Below, piece by piece: positions 46,377-55,950 of a stretch of 57,034 nucleotides of DNA (positions within the stretch are counted from its first letter, which is position 1; each line of letters starts with the position of its first letter). The notes under the pieces are model-generated. The model saw only the letters and a list, made by a program, of their open reading frames with translations. It was not told the DNA's origin and made no database searches. Source of the DNA: Flavobacteriales bacterium (GTDB lineage: Bacteria > Bacteroidota > Bacteroidia > Flavobacteriales_C > GCA-002722245); the NCBI GenBank assembly GCA_038154685.1, contig JAYPYW010000013.1, forward strand, positions 1 to 57,034. Reading direction: 5' to 3'. The translations under genes and the position numbers were made by a program.

Positions 46377-47961
46377 TAACAACAAATTACTTTTTAATTA
46401 TTTGCCCGTAATAGGTGCCATTTGCATTGTACTCGGGCTGTATTTGGGTAAATTTTTATACCAAGATTCCTCCTCTACTCCTATTATTTTCTCTGGTGGT
46501 TCAGGTGGAAAGGTTGATGAAGTAATCGAACAAGTTGTTGAGAATTATGTAGATCCTGTTGACGAAAATGAGATCACAGAATATGCAGTTAAGAAATTGC
46601 TAGCTCACCTTGACCCACATTCTACATACATTCCTCCTAAAGAAGTAGAAAAGGAGCAAGAAAGAATGAGCGGAAAATTTGAGGGAATAGGAATTGAATT
46701 CCGAATTTTCGATGATACACTTTTCGTAATTAACCCAATTAAGGGTGGACCCTCACAAAAAGCTGGTGTTCAAGCAGGAGACAGAATTATTGGACTTAAC
46801 CATGAAAAAGTCGCTCTTGGTAAGTTAGAGGTAGATAGCTTGGTAAAGCTTTTAAGAGGTAAATCCGGAAGTAAGGTAGAATTAATGGTTTATCGTCCAT
46901 TTACAGACGGAATAGTAAATTTAGAGGTCACGAGAGGCGAAATACCAATTTTCAGTATAGATGTCGCAGTATTAATTTCTGAAGAAATTGGATTGATCAA
47001 AATCAATCGTTTCTCCTCACAAACGCATATCGAATTTAAAGAAGCGGCAAAAACCTTAATCAATAAAGGTGCTCGGAAATTCATTATTGATTTGAGAGAT
47101 AATCCGGGGGGTTCTCTTAATTCAGTAGTTAATCTTTGTGATCAATTATTACCTGAAGGGAAAAACATAGTTTACACTAAAGGTGAAAACGAAAGAGAAA
47201 CTTTTAACTCTACCTCTGATGGAGAGTTTATGGATAGAGAAATAGCTGTTCTTATCAATCAGAATAGTGCTAGTGCTAGCGAAATTTTAGCTGGAGCTCT
47301 GCAAGACAATGATAAGGCGACGATTATTGGTAGGAGGACCTTTGGAAAAGGTTTAGTACAGGCTGTTATTCCTTTAAAGGACCGATCAAGCATTCACTTA
47401 ACAATTGCCAGGTATTATACGCCAACTGGAAGATGTATTCAAAAGTCTTTTGAAAAAGATGACTTGTTAGCTTATCACTCAGAAGAATTAGACCGATGGG
47501 AAAGCGGGGAATTATATCATAAGGATAGCATTAAAGTAATTGATTCATTGGTTTATACCACTCCAAAAGGTAAAACTGTTTATGGCGGTGGTGGAATTAT
47601 TCCAGATGAATTTGTTGGATTAGATACCACTATGAATAGTCCGATGTTATTTGATATTATCGATAAAAATCTCATCAGAAATTACGCTGTGAAATACTTT
47701 ACGCCAGGAAAAATTAAAGGAATGAATTTCGAAGCTTCCTCCCAATCCCTTTCTCAATCAGAAATTATTGCATCATTCAAAAGCTTCTGCTTAAGCAATG
47801 AAATACAATGGGTAGAAAAGGATTGGGAAACTTCGGAAGAATATATCACCAATAAATTATTGGCTAATATTCTAAGAGTTAAGTTCAGCAATGCAGGCTT
47901 CTATAAAAAGTCTGCCGAACTTGATAACGACATCAAAAAAGCGATCGACGTCTTAAATTAA
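46366..47961 (+). CDS. S41 family C-terminal processing peptidase with a PDZ domain
   Basis: GIGIEF, the PDZ-like block GGPSQKAGVQAGDRII, IIDLRDNPGGSL, NQNSASASEI and TFGKG. I prefer the ATG at 46366 (an 11-nt overlap with the previous gene) over the TTG at 46345. Confidence 0.9.
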   Translation: MRDNNNKLLFNYLPVIGAICIVLGLYLGKFLYQDSSSTPIIFSGGSGGKVDEVIEQVVENYVDPVDENEITEYAVKKLLAHLDPHSTYIPPKEVEKEQERMSGKFEGIGIEFRIFDDTLFVINPIKGGPSQKAGVQAGDRIIGLNHEKVALGKLEVDSLVKLLRGKSGSKVELMVYRPFTDGIVNLEVTRGEIPIFSIDVAVLISEEIGLIKINRFSSQTHIEFKEAAKTLINKGARKFIIDLRDNPGGSLNSVVNLCDQLLPEGKNIVYTKGENERETFNSTSDGEFMDREIAVLINQNSASASEILAGALQDNDKATIIGRRTFGKGLVQAVIPLKDRSSIHLTIARYYTPTGRCIQKSFEKDDLLAYHSEELDRWESGELYHKDSIKVIDSLVYTTPKGKTVYGGGGIIPDEFVGLDTTMNSPMLFDIIDKNLIRNYAVKYFTPGKIKGMNFEASSQSLSQSEIIASFKSFCLSNEIQWVEKDWETSEEYITNKLLANILRVKFSNAGFYKKSAELDNDIKKAIDVLN

Positions 47962-48206
47962 TTTAAGTATTCTACTTTCAAAATATCAGCAGGATCTACT
48001 TTGTTTTGAAATTTCTTAACCCAGCTTAAGTTAACATGCTTATTGGGGTTACTAACTTTTCTTATTTGGCTAGAGTCGGCGAAATAGTACTCCAACTTCT
48101 TTAAAGCCTTGTTATAAATACCATATAACATACCGTACTTGGTGTCGCCGTTTCTAAACTTTACCCTAGGGTAACGGTACCTGTAGTTTAAGTTTATTTC
48201 TTCCAT
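47958..48206 (-). CDS. hypothetical small basic protein (82 aa)
   Basis: ATG ORF with no recognisable motif. It overlaps the S41 gene's stop by 4 nt, in convergent orientation. Confidence 0.45.
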   Translation of the reverse strand: MEEINLNYRYRYPRVKFRNGDTKYGMLYGIYNKALKKLEYYFADSSQIRKVSNPNKHVNLSWVKKFQNKVDPADILKVEYLN

Positions 48207-48373
48207 AATTTGATTAATTGTGTGGTGTGTATTTATATATACGTCAATTACCCTACTAAGGTTGGGTGGTTGCCTGTATTATTTTTCAACAGTTGTTAAT
48301 AACCTTGCTAAGCTATCCAGTTGTAAATGATTAACTTAGATCATAGTCCAACTAATACAAATACAATACCAAA

Positions 48374-48778
48374 ATGATCAAATGGATTTCGTTAGTGGCT
48401 ATTTCAGCCGCATGTTTTGTAAAACTTTCTGTCTCCTCCTTTTCTGAACAGAAAGATTATCCTGGTATTCAAGGAGCAACAGTCCTTGTGAATTACACTG
48501 CAGAAATTGATAATCCCAAAGAACAGGAAATTGTTGTTGAAGGTATTTGGGTGAAAGGAAGATGGATTAAAGTAAATCACGAGTTTTCTGGAAATCCCAT
48601 TACTATAAGAGCAAGTGTGAAATATATTAATACGGATACGCTAACTAATAAGGCGCCATGCCCAACAAAAAACTCAGACGATTTAGCGGCGATAAAGTAT
48701 ACAACCAAAGGGAAAAAGAAGGCTCGATATATTGGAATTGGGGAGATTAAGAAAGAGGAGGCTATTGCTAGGCCGTAA
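48374..48778 (+). CDS. hypothetical secreted protein
   Basis: 134 aa with a hydrophobic N-terminus (MIKWISLVAISAACFVKLSVSS). Confidence 0.5.
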   Translation: MIKWISLVAISAACFVKLSVSSFSEQKDYPGIQGATVLVNYTAEIDNPKEQEIVVEGIWVKGRWIKVNHEFSGNPITIRASVKYINTDTLTNKAPCPTKNSDDLAAIKYTTKGKKKARYIGIGEIKKEEAIARP

Positions 48779-48830
48779 AAGCCCCGCCAAGGCGAGGATT
48801 TACAGTTAATAGCACGTTCTTCAACACATT

Positions 48831-49754
48831 TTATTTTTGATGGTTAATTTCTTTTGTTACTCTACCACCTGTATAAACTGTTGTTCTAAATTTCTTTCCA
48901 TCGGCAGTGTACATATATACCTTACCATCCATTAAGTAACCATTTTCAAAATAACCTTCTCGGATAACCTGACCTTTTTTATTAAAAAATTGTCTTTCTC
49001 CAGTTCCATTCCAAGGAGTTGTATTCTTTTTCTTTGGTCTTTCTGTTGTAATAGCTATCGGTTTGTCGTCGGCTTCTTTTGAAGCTACAGCCACAACCTC
49101 TTTCTTAGGAGCTTCGGCAACCCTTTTAATAGTTACTTTACCAGCCTTCTCTTGAGGTTTATAATTTTTAGTGGATGCAGCATCGATCTTACCATTAAAG
49201 AATGATCTTTCAGACTTAACAGAACCGTCTTCATGGTACTCAGTAATGGTACCTGCTTCCTTTCCATTTACCCACTCTCCCTCGATCATTAACTGACCAG
49301 ATTCGTAGTAGTACTTCTGAACACCAGTTCTTTGTCCGTTTTGATTATACTTCCACTCATTTCTTACGTTACCATTCTTATAGTAATACTTGTAATCACC
49401 AACCCATTTGTTGTTCTTCCAAGTTCCTTCTTCCCTTTTGTTACCGTTTTTGTAATAAAAAACTGCATAACCATCCGGACGGTTGTTAGTGTAAGTTAAA
49501 ACGTGCTTTACTTTATCATTATTAAAGTAAAACAACCATTTTCCTGTTTTCTTATCATTCTCGTAATCTCCTTCCTCAACAACTTGTTCTTGCTGATAGT
49601 TAGGTAAATTCTTGTCTTTATTAGTATAAACCCAATGCCCCTGCTTCATGTTATTTTCATCAATATGATTCACCTTATCACTTGCAAGCAAGGGTAAGCA
49701 CATTGCACTAAGTACAACCGCGATTATATTCCTTATTTTAACTGCCCGTAACAT
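48831..49754 (-). CDS. secreted MORN-variant repeat protein
   Basis: Repeats of the form G.W.YYYKNGN...EG.W.NNK..G. The start at ATG 49752-49754 gives the signal MLRAVKIRNIIAVVLSAMCLPLLA. An upstream ATG at 49781 is also possible. Confidence 0.75.
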   Translation of the reverse strand: MLRAVKIRNIIAVVLSAMCLPLLASDKVNHIDENNMKQGHWVYTNKDKNLPNYQQEQVVEEGDYENDKKTGKWLFYFNNDKVKHVLTYTNNRPDGYAVFYYKNGNKREEGTWKNNKWVGDYKYYYKNGNVRNEWKYNQNGQRTGVQKYYYESGQLMIEGEWVNGKEAGTITEYHEDGSVKSERSFFNGKIDAASTKNYKPQEKAGKVTIKRVAEAPKKEVVAVASKEADDKPIAITTERPKKKNTTPWNGTGERQFFNKKGQVIREGYFENGYLMDGKVYMYTADGKKFRTTVYTGGRVTKEINHQK

Positions 49755-49885
49755 CTGATTCTGTGGTTTGTCGTTCCTCATTCTACGGTCTGATTATCAA
49801 AAGGTTTACCAAAAATTAGGTTTTTTTACATTTACCATACGTGTTTTACCGTATTTTAGCACCTAATAAATTGATTTTCAGCATT

Positions 49886-52684
49886 TTAAAACTGAAAATA
49901 GATAAACGGTTGAATCTCAGAACTTTTAAACTGATAGATAAATATAATGGTTAAAACCCCAATAACACCTACACTTGGCCACCATTTATTAGAGAAAATT
50001 TGTTGAATCTTTAACTCAAACTTATCTGGGATCATATGCAATATGTAACCAAATAATATTACAGTAAAAATCGTAACATATTCAGGGGCAGACAGATAGT
50101 TTTTTACATGGATCCAGTCAAACTTGTAAATAATTTGGCCAAAAAATTGGTTAATAGATTCCCAATTTGGCGCACGGAAAAACACCCAACAAAACACCAC
50201 AAAGTGAAAAGTTAATGCCCAAGAGAGGAACTTTAAAATCAAATTTTTTGAATCTGAAATTTTCGGAAGACGAGCTGTTACTCCTTTATGAACTGCCAAA
50301 GCAACACCATGCAAACCTCCCCAAATAACAAACTTAAGTGCCGCTCCATGCCACAATCCTCCTAATAACATTGTTATAAAAAGGTTGATGTAAGTTCTTA
50401 TCTTTCCCTTTCTATTACCGCCTAAAGGGATGTATAAATAATCTCTAAGCCACGAACTAAGACTTATATGCCATCTTCTCCAGAAATCGGTAATGTTGGT
50501 GCTTAAATAAGGTTTATTGAAATTTAAAGGCAAGCTAAAGCCCAATAGAAGTGCTAAACCAATTGCAATGTCACTATATGCAGAGAAATCGCAATAAATC
50601 TGGATGGTATAACCATAAGCTCCCATTAAATTCTCAAAACCTGAATACTTTAAAGGAGACTCGAAAACTCGATCAACAAAGTTGGTTGATATATAATCCG
50701 AAATCACCATCTTCTTAAAAAGTCCTCCAATAATTAAAATAGAAGCCCTAGAGAAGTCCTGATAGGTTAGTTTGTATTCATTATAAATTTGAGGGATAAA
50801 CTCGTTAGCCCTCACAATTGGCCCAGCAACTAACTGAGGAAAGAAGCTCACATAAAACCCGAAATCAAATATACTTTTTACAGGCTGGATCTTTTCCCGA
50901 TAAATATCCACCGAATAAGAAATCGTTTGAAAAGTATAAAAGCTAATACCTACTGGCAATATAATCGCTGTTACATCAAAATTACCCGATGAAAGCAGGT
51001 TCCCTAATCCAGCAAAAACATTGTACGCTATAAAGTCGGTTCCTAAAACTTGGTTTACAGAATCGACAAAGAACCCCGTATACTTAAAGAAGAATAAAAG
51101 CCCAAGGTTTAAAACAACTGAAAGGGTAAGCCAACCTTTTTTGGTTCCTTTTTCTGAAGAATTAAATATTCTGTTACCAATAAAATAATCAATAAGAGTA
51201 GATAGGATTAATAATGAGAAGTAAAAACCTCCTGCCTTGTAATAAAAGAATAAACTAATGGCAAAAAGATAAATGCTTCGAGCTTTCAAATTCTTGTAAA
51301 GTAGCGCATAAATCAAAAAGAAAAGCGAAAAGAATATCCAGAATAAGTAATGGCTAAAGAACATTGGCTCTTTAGGATCATGCGTAAATATTCCGCTGAT
51401 CAGTTTATCGTAATCTACCCCCTCATTAATTATTAGTGGCTTAACCCTTCGCTCGGCAGTGTAGTCGTTGTATGCATTAGCTACAGCAGCATAAAACAAA
51501 TCTCCTTGAAGGTGATAACCCTTTTCGTTAAAATGTAATCGATCAGCAGAACACAATTTGGCTTCGTACCATTTATTAATGGATCCATAACCACCCATTA
51601 TATTAAAGAAATCCCAAACTGAAGCATTATGTTGTTTAGCTAATTTTAAGATCGAACTTCTAATGACAATGGTTTCCTTCATTAGCGTTTTGCGATAACG
51701 CTTAGCATCACCAGGAGTAGTTAGAATAATTGATGCCTCAGGAGCGGAAGCTTTTACAATCTGGATTAAACTATCGTAATAGTGGTAAAATACCGAATCA
51801 TCAAAGTTGATGTTGTAAGCATCATTCGTCCCTAAAGAAACTACAATCAAATCGGGACTTACTGTTGATAATTGAGCATTAAAATCTTGACATCTTAAAA
51901 ACGACTTCACCTTTGCTCCGTTTACGCCCACTTCGCTGTATGAAAGCCCTGGAAAATCCGATAACAAATCGATCCCCTGTAAAATAAACCCGGATTCGAG
52001 ATCCAATGAATCCTTGGTAAATGTAAAATATAATGTGTCTGAAACCCCTTGTAAATCGAATGTTTTATAGCAACCAAAATCATCCATTGTTATTGCTACC
52101 GAATCTATACCATCTGCATTTAAAGAAACCTTGAAAGCATCTGCTGTATCTCTGTAAAACAACCTAACCTTACTAAACCTATAAGACTCAAATGTGTGGT
52201 TGTTTGAGTAAATCTTCAGCGTTGTAGAATCGTCTTTAGTGCTTGCAGAAATACCTGTTAAACCCCAATCCGAATGAGTTATGTTTGAGGAACTTTTAAA
52301 GCCCTTCCAGTCGCCTGTGTATTTTGCCCCATAATTAATTGGTCCGTTAGTATGAGCCAAACCATAAGGAAAAACAAATCCTCGCTCACGAGTACCACAA
52401 CCTAACCCTTTGTGCAAACACTCCCTTACCTTTCCGCTAAAGTAACCAGCCTGAATATGAGAATCTCCGATATGTAGAATACGTGCTTTTGTTGAATCCT
52501 TTGATTCAATCACCCATAATTTCTCGAAAAACGGGCCTAGTGTGGTGGAATCCTTAACAGAAAGGCGGTTTAAGTCATATCGGATAAAATCATAATGGGG
52601 AATGCAATCTTGCTCGAATAATTGAGCTTTCATTTGGAAACCAAACAAAAGAATTACAATTGATATTTTAAGCACCTTGATCAT
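49886..52684 (-). CDS. fusion protein: N-terminal SGNH/GDSL-like domain plus a C-terminal MBOAT (AlgI/PatA/DltB-type) membrane O-acyltransferase
   Basis: 932 aa. The SGNH blocks are ILHIGDSHIQAG, VSLGTNDA and DRLHFNEKGY. From about aa 440 there are multiple TM helices and the MBOAT signature FWRRWHISLSSWLRDYLYIPLGGNR. The ATG overlaps the upstream stop as TAATG. Confidence 0.85.
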   Translation of the reverse strand: MIKVLKISIVILLFGFQMKAQLFEQDCIPHYDFIRYDLNRLSVKDSTTLGPFFEKLWVIESKDSTKARILHIGDSHIQAGYFSGKVRECLHKGLGCGTRERGFVFPYGLAHTNGPINYGAKYTGDWKGFKSSSNITHSDWGLTGISASTKDDSTTLKIYSNNHTFESYRFSKVRLFYRDTADAFKVSLNADGIDSVAITMDDFGCYKTFDLQGVSDTLYFTFTKDSLDLESGFILQGIDLLSDFPGLSYSEVGVNGAKVKSFLRCQDFNAQLSTVSPDLIVVSLGTNDAYNINFDDSVFYHYYDSLIQIVKASAPEASIILTTPGDAKRYRKTLMKETIVIRSSILKLAKQHNASVWDFFNIMGGYGSINKWYEAKLCSADRLHFNEKGYHLQGDLFYAAVANAYNDYTAERRVKPLIINEGVDYDKLISGIFTHDPKEPMFFSHYLFWIFFSLFFLIYALLYKNLKARSIYLFAISLFFYYKAGGFYFSLLILSTLIDYFIGNRIFNSSEKGTKKGWLTLSVVLNLGLLFFFKYTGFFVDSVNQVLGTDFIAYNVFAGLGNLLSSGNFDVTAIILPVGISFYTFQTISYSVDIYREKIQPVKSIFDFGFYVSFFPQLVAGPIVRANEFIPQIYNEYKLTYQDFSRASILIIGGLFKKMVISDYISTNFVDRVFESPLKYSGFENLMGAYGYTIQIYCDFSAYSDIAIGLALLLGFSLPLNFNKPYLSTNITDFWRRWHISLSSWLRDYLYIPLGGNRKGKIRTYINLFITMLLGGLWHGAALKFVIWGGLHGVALAVHKGVTARLPKISDSKNLILKFLSWALTFHFVVFCWVFFRAPNWESINQFFGQIIYKFDWIHVKNYLSAPEYVTIFTVILFGYILHMIPDKFELKIQQIFSNKWWPSVGVIGVLTIIFIYQFKSSEIQPFIYFQF

Positions 52685-54111
52685 TAATTAATATTTGTGC
52701 TTTTAAAATCGTTGTAATCCGAGATCAATGCGTTAAATAACTTATTGCCAATAACCTTTGCTCCTCTTGAGTTAAAGTGCTTAAAATCCTTCTCAGCAAG
52801 AGAGGGTTCCGCATTCACCCAACTAGGCATACTTAATTCGCCTCCCATTACTTCATACAAGTCCCAAAAAGAGCAATTAGCTCGCTTAGCTGCATTTTTT
52901 TGCGCGTCCCTAACCTTTGCAATATTGGCATAACTTTCCTCTTCGCTTTTACAGGCATCTGTAACACTAATTACCAAAACTGATGCTTCGGGCAAAATTT
53001 CCTTAAACAACTTCAGTTGTTTGTACATCATATTCTCGTAATACTTGTAGCTCTTTAATTCTGCCGGAACTACGTTTAATCCAAACTGGAAAATGATTAA
53101 TCCAACATTTAAATCCTTTAGTTGTTTTGTGAGGTATTCCTTATCCATTTTTGTGAACTCGGTCCCGCTTGAGCCTCTTAATGCGATATTATCAACAGCA
53201 ACACCTTTTTTGCAATCCAATGAAACACCATAAACATCAGGGCTATTAATCGCCTCTAGAGACAATGAAATTTTTCCAGAGCTAAACCCGTTCATGTGCC
53301 AAATACTTCTACTTACATCTTGAGAGGCTAATAAATTCCCTTTACTAACAACCCCAGAATCCGTCTTTAATTCATAGTCTACTGTATCTTCAGCATTAGC
53401 GTAAAGCAAACTCATTTGTTCAAAATTTTGAGCCTTTCGAAAATATCTAGAGTTTTTTCTGAATTCAATTTCTGCCTTTTTTCTAGATAAAGAATCAGGC
53501 CCTATTTTGTGGTAATAACCCAAAAATCCATAACGAGAATGCTTTCCTTTTCTACCTTTTCCAAAAACCTGGTAACGCTCCCATCCATTTTCATCCTTGA
53601 GTACATTTAATCTTCCTGTATTAGTCTCGGAAATAGGTAAAAAACCTACACCACAGCCGCCAAAAAGAGTTTGTAAATTCTCACGAATAACACCGCTAAT
53701 TCTATCTCCTTCCAATTGAGAATCCCCAAAATGCATAATTCGGAGTGGTTTTGATAAATCGTTAACTTTTGAAAGCTTGCTGTAAAAAGAATATAATCCA
53801 TTCTCAAAATCCGAAGGGTGAATTATTCTTTCTTTTTCGGCCACCACTAAAGCGCTGTCCAAAATAGAAGAATCAATCATTGATGCTAATAGCGTGTCTT
53901 CTTCCAACTCTTCCAAGCTATATTGTTGACCAACTTCCTGAATTACTTCTAACTCTCTAGTTTTCTCTTGATAAAAATCTTCTACTTTAGAAAAGGTGAT
54001 AGCTTCCTCTCCCCAAAGTGGAATTCCTTCCTTTGGAAAATTAAAAACCATCAATGCCAATGCAGCCTGAATGGTAATTAGGAATAATGCTATTTTGAAA
54101 GGCTTAATCAA
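52684..54111 (-). CDS. membrane-anchored SGNH/GDSL-like protein (AlgJ/AlgX/PatB-like partner)
   Basis: 475 aa with an N-terminal TM segment. The blocks are RIMHFGDSQLEGD, FQFGLNV and DFKHFNSRG. The start is TTG, so it is uncertain. Confidence 0.7.
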   Translation of the reverse strand: MIKPFKIALFLITIQAALALMVFNFPKEGIPLWGEEAITFSKVEDFYQEKTRELEVIQEVGQQYSLEELEEDTLLASMIDSSILDSALVVAEKERIIHPSDFENGLYSFYSKLSKVNDLSKPLRIMHFGDSQLEGDRISGVIRENLQTLFGGCGVGFLPISETNTGRLNVLKDENGWERYQVFGKGRKGKHSRYGFLGYYHKIGPDSLSRKKAEIEFRKNSRYFRKAQNFEQMSLLYANAEDTVDYELKTDSGVVSKGNLLASQDVSRSIWHMNGFSSGKISLSLEAINSPDVYGVSLDCKKGVAVDNIALRGSSGTEFTKMDKEYLTKQLKDLNVGLIIFQFGLNVVPAELKSYKYYENMMYKQLKLFKEILPEASVLVISVTDACKSEEESYANIAKVRDAQKNAAKRANCSFWDLYEVMGGELSMPSWVNAEPSLAEKDFKHFNSRGAKVIGNKLFNALISDYNDFKSTNIN

Positions 54112-54209
54112 AACCTAGTAATCTAACGTCAAAAATATTTAAAGAAAAAAGCGAAAAGCCCTGAAATAGTGGAAAATACCCACCTTACAATGTTAGCAAC
54201 TCAATGAAA

Positions 54210-54848
54210 CTAATTTGAATCTGATGAAGTTGCTTTAGGCTTAAAGGATGGTGCTGTAAAATAGTAATTAATACAAATACCAGCTCCTCGGTGCATTCCT
54301 CCATAGGATAAAAATGTTATTGGAACATTTTTAAGTGTAAAAATTGGAAGAATAGAATTAGTAATTCTGAATTTAAAAAAAAGCTTTTCTGTAATCTTAT
54401 AATTCATAGAGAACATCCCGCCTATTTCAAACTCTCTGTATTCTCCAGGTGTACTAACAATCCCATTTATATTATATTCTGAGCTTTGTAAATAGCTAAA
54501 TGTAGGTCCAACTTCAAATGGCAATCCCCACTGTTCGAAAACATAATAAACCGGAACCTCAACGTAATTTAAATTAAACTTAAACTCATCATAAATGCCC
54601 TGATTAGGTCGTGGCCATTCTCTTGCACCCTTTTGAGCATAATTCATTTCAAACCCAATCGCACCATTCGAATCTTTAAACTTATACAAGTTTCCTATTC
54701 CAAATTGAATACCCGGATGATTATATCCTCCTTTTCCGTCACCATCTACTTGATTTCCAAACAACCCAACATGGACACTATTGACAAATCTTTTTTGAGC
54801 AGAAACACTAAAAGAAAAAATAACGAGGAAAAAGACTAAATATCTCAA
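54210..54848 (-). CDS. small outer-membrane beta-barrel protein (porin-family-like)
   Basis: 212 aa with signal MRYLVFFLVIFSFSVSAQ and an alternating aromatic/Gly pattern. Its start lies 1 nt after the TlpA stop. Confidence 0.65.
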   Translation of the reverse strand: MRYLVFFLVIFSFSVSAQKRFVNSVHVGLFGNQVDGDGKGGYNHPGIQFGIGNLYKFKDSNGAIGFEMNYAQKGAREWPRPNQGIYDEFKFNLNYVEVPVYYVFEQWGLPFEVGPTFSYLQSSEYNINGIVSTPGEYREFEIGGMFSMNYKITEKLFFKFRITNSILPIFTLKNVPITFLSYGGMHRGAGICINYYFTAPSFKPKATSSDSN

Positions 54849-54849
54849 T

Positions 54850-55335
54850 TTATAAACCTTTTAAAACTTTAATTAATTCCTCTTCATCTCCTTCCTTGTA
54901 AGAAGCGTGCTCATAAACAATCTTTCCTGATTTATTTACAACAATTGTATAAGGATTATTAGTAACGTTTAAAGCTTTAAAAAAGCCTTTTTCAGTGTCA
55001 TTTAAAACAGGGAACTTCCAACCCTTCTTCTCTACAATTAAAGGTACTCTTGCAGCAAACCTTGGGTCATCAGTACTAACGGCATAAACTTCAAAATCAA
55101 CGGATTTTTTCCATACCTCATATTTTCCATTTATGGCATTTAATTCCTTAATGCAGGGCACACAAGTGGTACTCCAAAAAGAAATAATGGCTGGTTTTTT
55201 TATACTCGAAACATCAAAAGATTGATCCTTTAATGTTTTCGTCTCCACTTTCGGAAGTTGTTTTCCAATGTTACCAGCCCCTATAAAAGCCAGTCCCAAT
55301 ATTGCTATAAATAGAATTATCGATAAATTTTTCAT
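54850..55335 (-). CDS. TlpA/redoxin family thiol-disulfide oxidoreductase
   Basis: 161 aa with an N-terminal anchor and the thioredoxin motif FWSTTCVPCIKE. Confidence 0.85.
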   Translation of the reverse strand: MKNLSIILFIAILGLAFIGAGNIGKQLPKVETKTLKDQSFDVSSIKKPAIISFWSTTCVPCIKELNAINGKYEVWKKSVDFEVYAVSTDDPRFAARVPLIVEKKGWKFPVLNDTEKGFFKALNVTNNPYTIVVNKSGKIVYEHASYKEGDEEELIKVLKGL

Positions 55336-55362
55336 GTCCTCTTTCCTGCAAATTTTAAGCCA

Positions 55363-55890
55363 CTATTTTATGTTCAATATACTATACATAAACGTAGCTT
55401 CTTCCAAAGATGTGTTTCCTTCCGCCTTTGGCTCTGGAGAAACTATTACATACAAATCATCTGTTACAAATACCTTAATGAATGAGTAATTCAAATCTCC
55501 ATTTATTTCTTTTCTTTCAAACAAAAACCCATCTTCCTGCTCCTCAACAACCTTTGTAAATCCAGTTTCAGCTTTTAACTCCCCTCCTTTTTCATCTAAA
55601 ACTTCTTGTAAAGTCATACCAGGCATCGTAGTACAAGTTACCTCAACCGAAAACTCATTGTCCTCGCCTCCATTAACTTTGGTTGAGAAAATTGAAAACA
55701 TTCCAAGCATGTCCTCCGGTTCAGCACCTTTACTTGCTTTTGAGCCCTTCAAAACATTAATTTCAATTGGTGTATCAAAATCTGAAAGGTTTAGTTTTTC
55801 CTTTTCTACTTTACTTGCATCAAGTGGTTCACTACATGAGGAAAGTAAAATTGCTATGCCAGAAATTAATTCAAGCGCTTTTTTCATCAT
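55363..55890 (-). CDS. hypothetical lipoprotein
   Basis: 175 aa with MMKKALELISGIAILLSSC (lipobox). Confidence 0.6.
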   Translation of the reverse strand: MMKKALELISGIAILLSSCSEPLDASKVEKEKLNLSDFDTPIEINVLKGSKASKGAEPEDMLGMFSIFSTKVNGGEDNEFSVEVTCTTMPGMTLQEVLDEKGGELKAETGFTKVVEEQEDGFLFERKEINGDLNYSFIKVFVTDDLYVIVSPEPKAEGNTSLEEATFMYSILNIK

Positions 55891-55922
55891 TTGAAGTTTT
55901 CTTAAAAATAGGGTTTTTCTCT

Positions 55923-55949
55923 CTCAGAGCGCTCAGAGTTCTCAGAGAA
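55923..55949. repeat. three copies of ctcagag at a 9-bp period in an intergenic spacer
   Basis: Read directly: ctcagagcg ctcagagtt ctcagagaa. It lies between the pfkB-family stop (55951) and the lipoprotein start (55890). Confidence 0.7.
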
Positions 55950-55950
55950 T

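Noticed and set aside
48779-48830. A GC-rich imperfect palindrome (ccccgcc-aa-ggcgagg) between convergent genes, as a terminator or REP copy.
   Set aside because: The 7-bp stem has an internal mismatch, a 2-nt loop and no T-run. It shares no words with the cgcggatc family.
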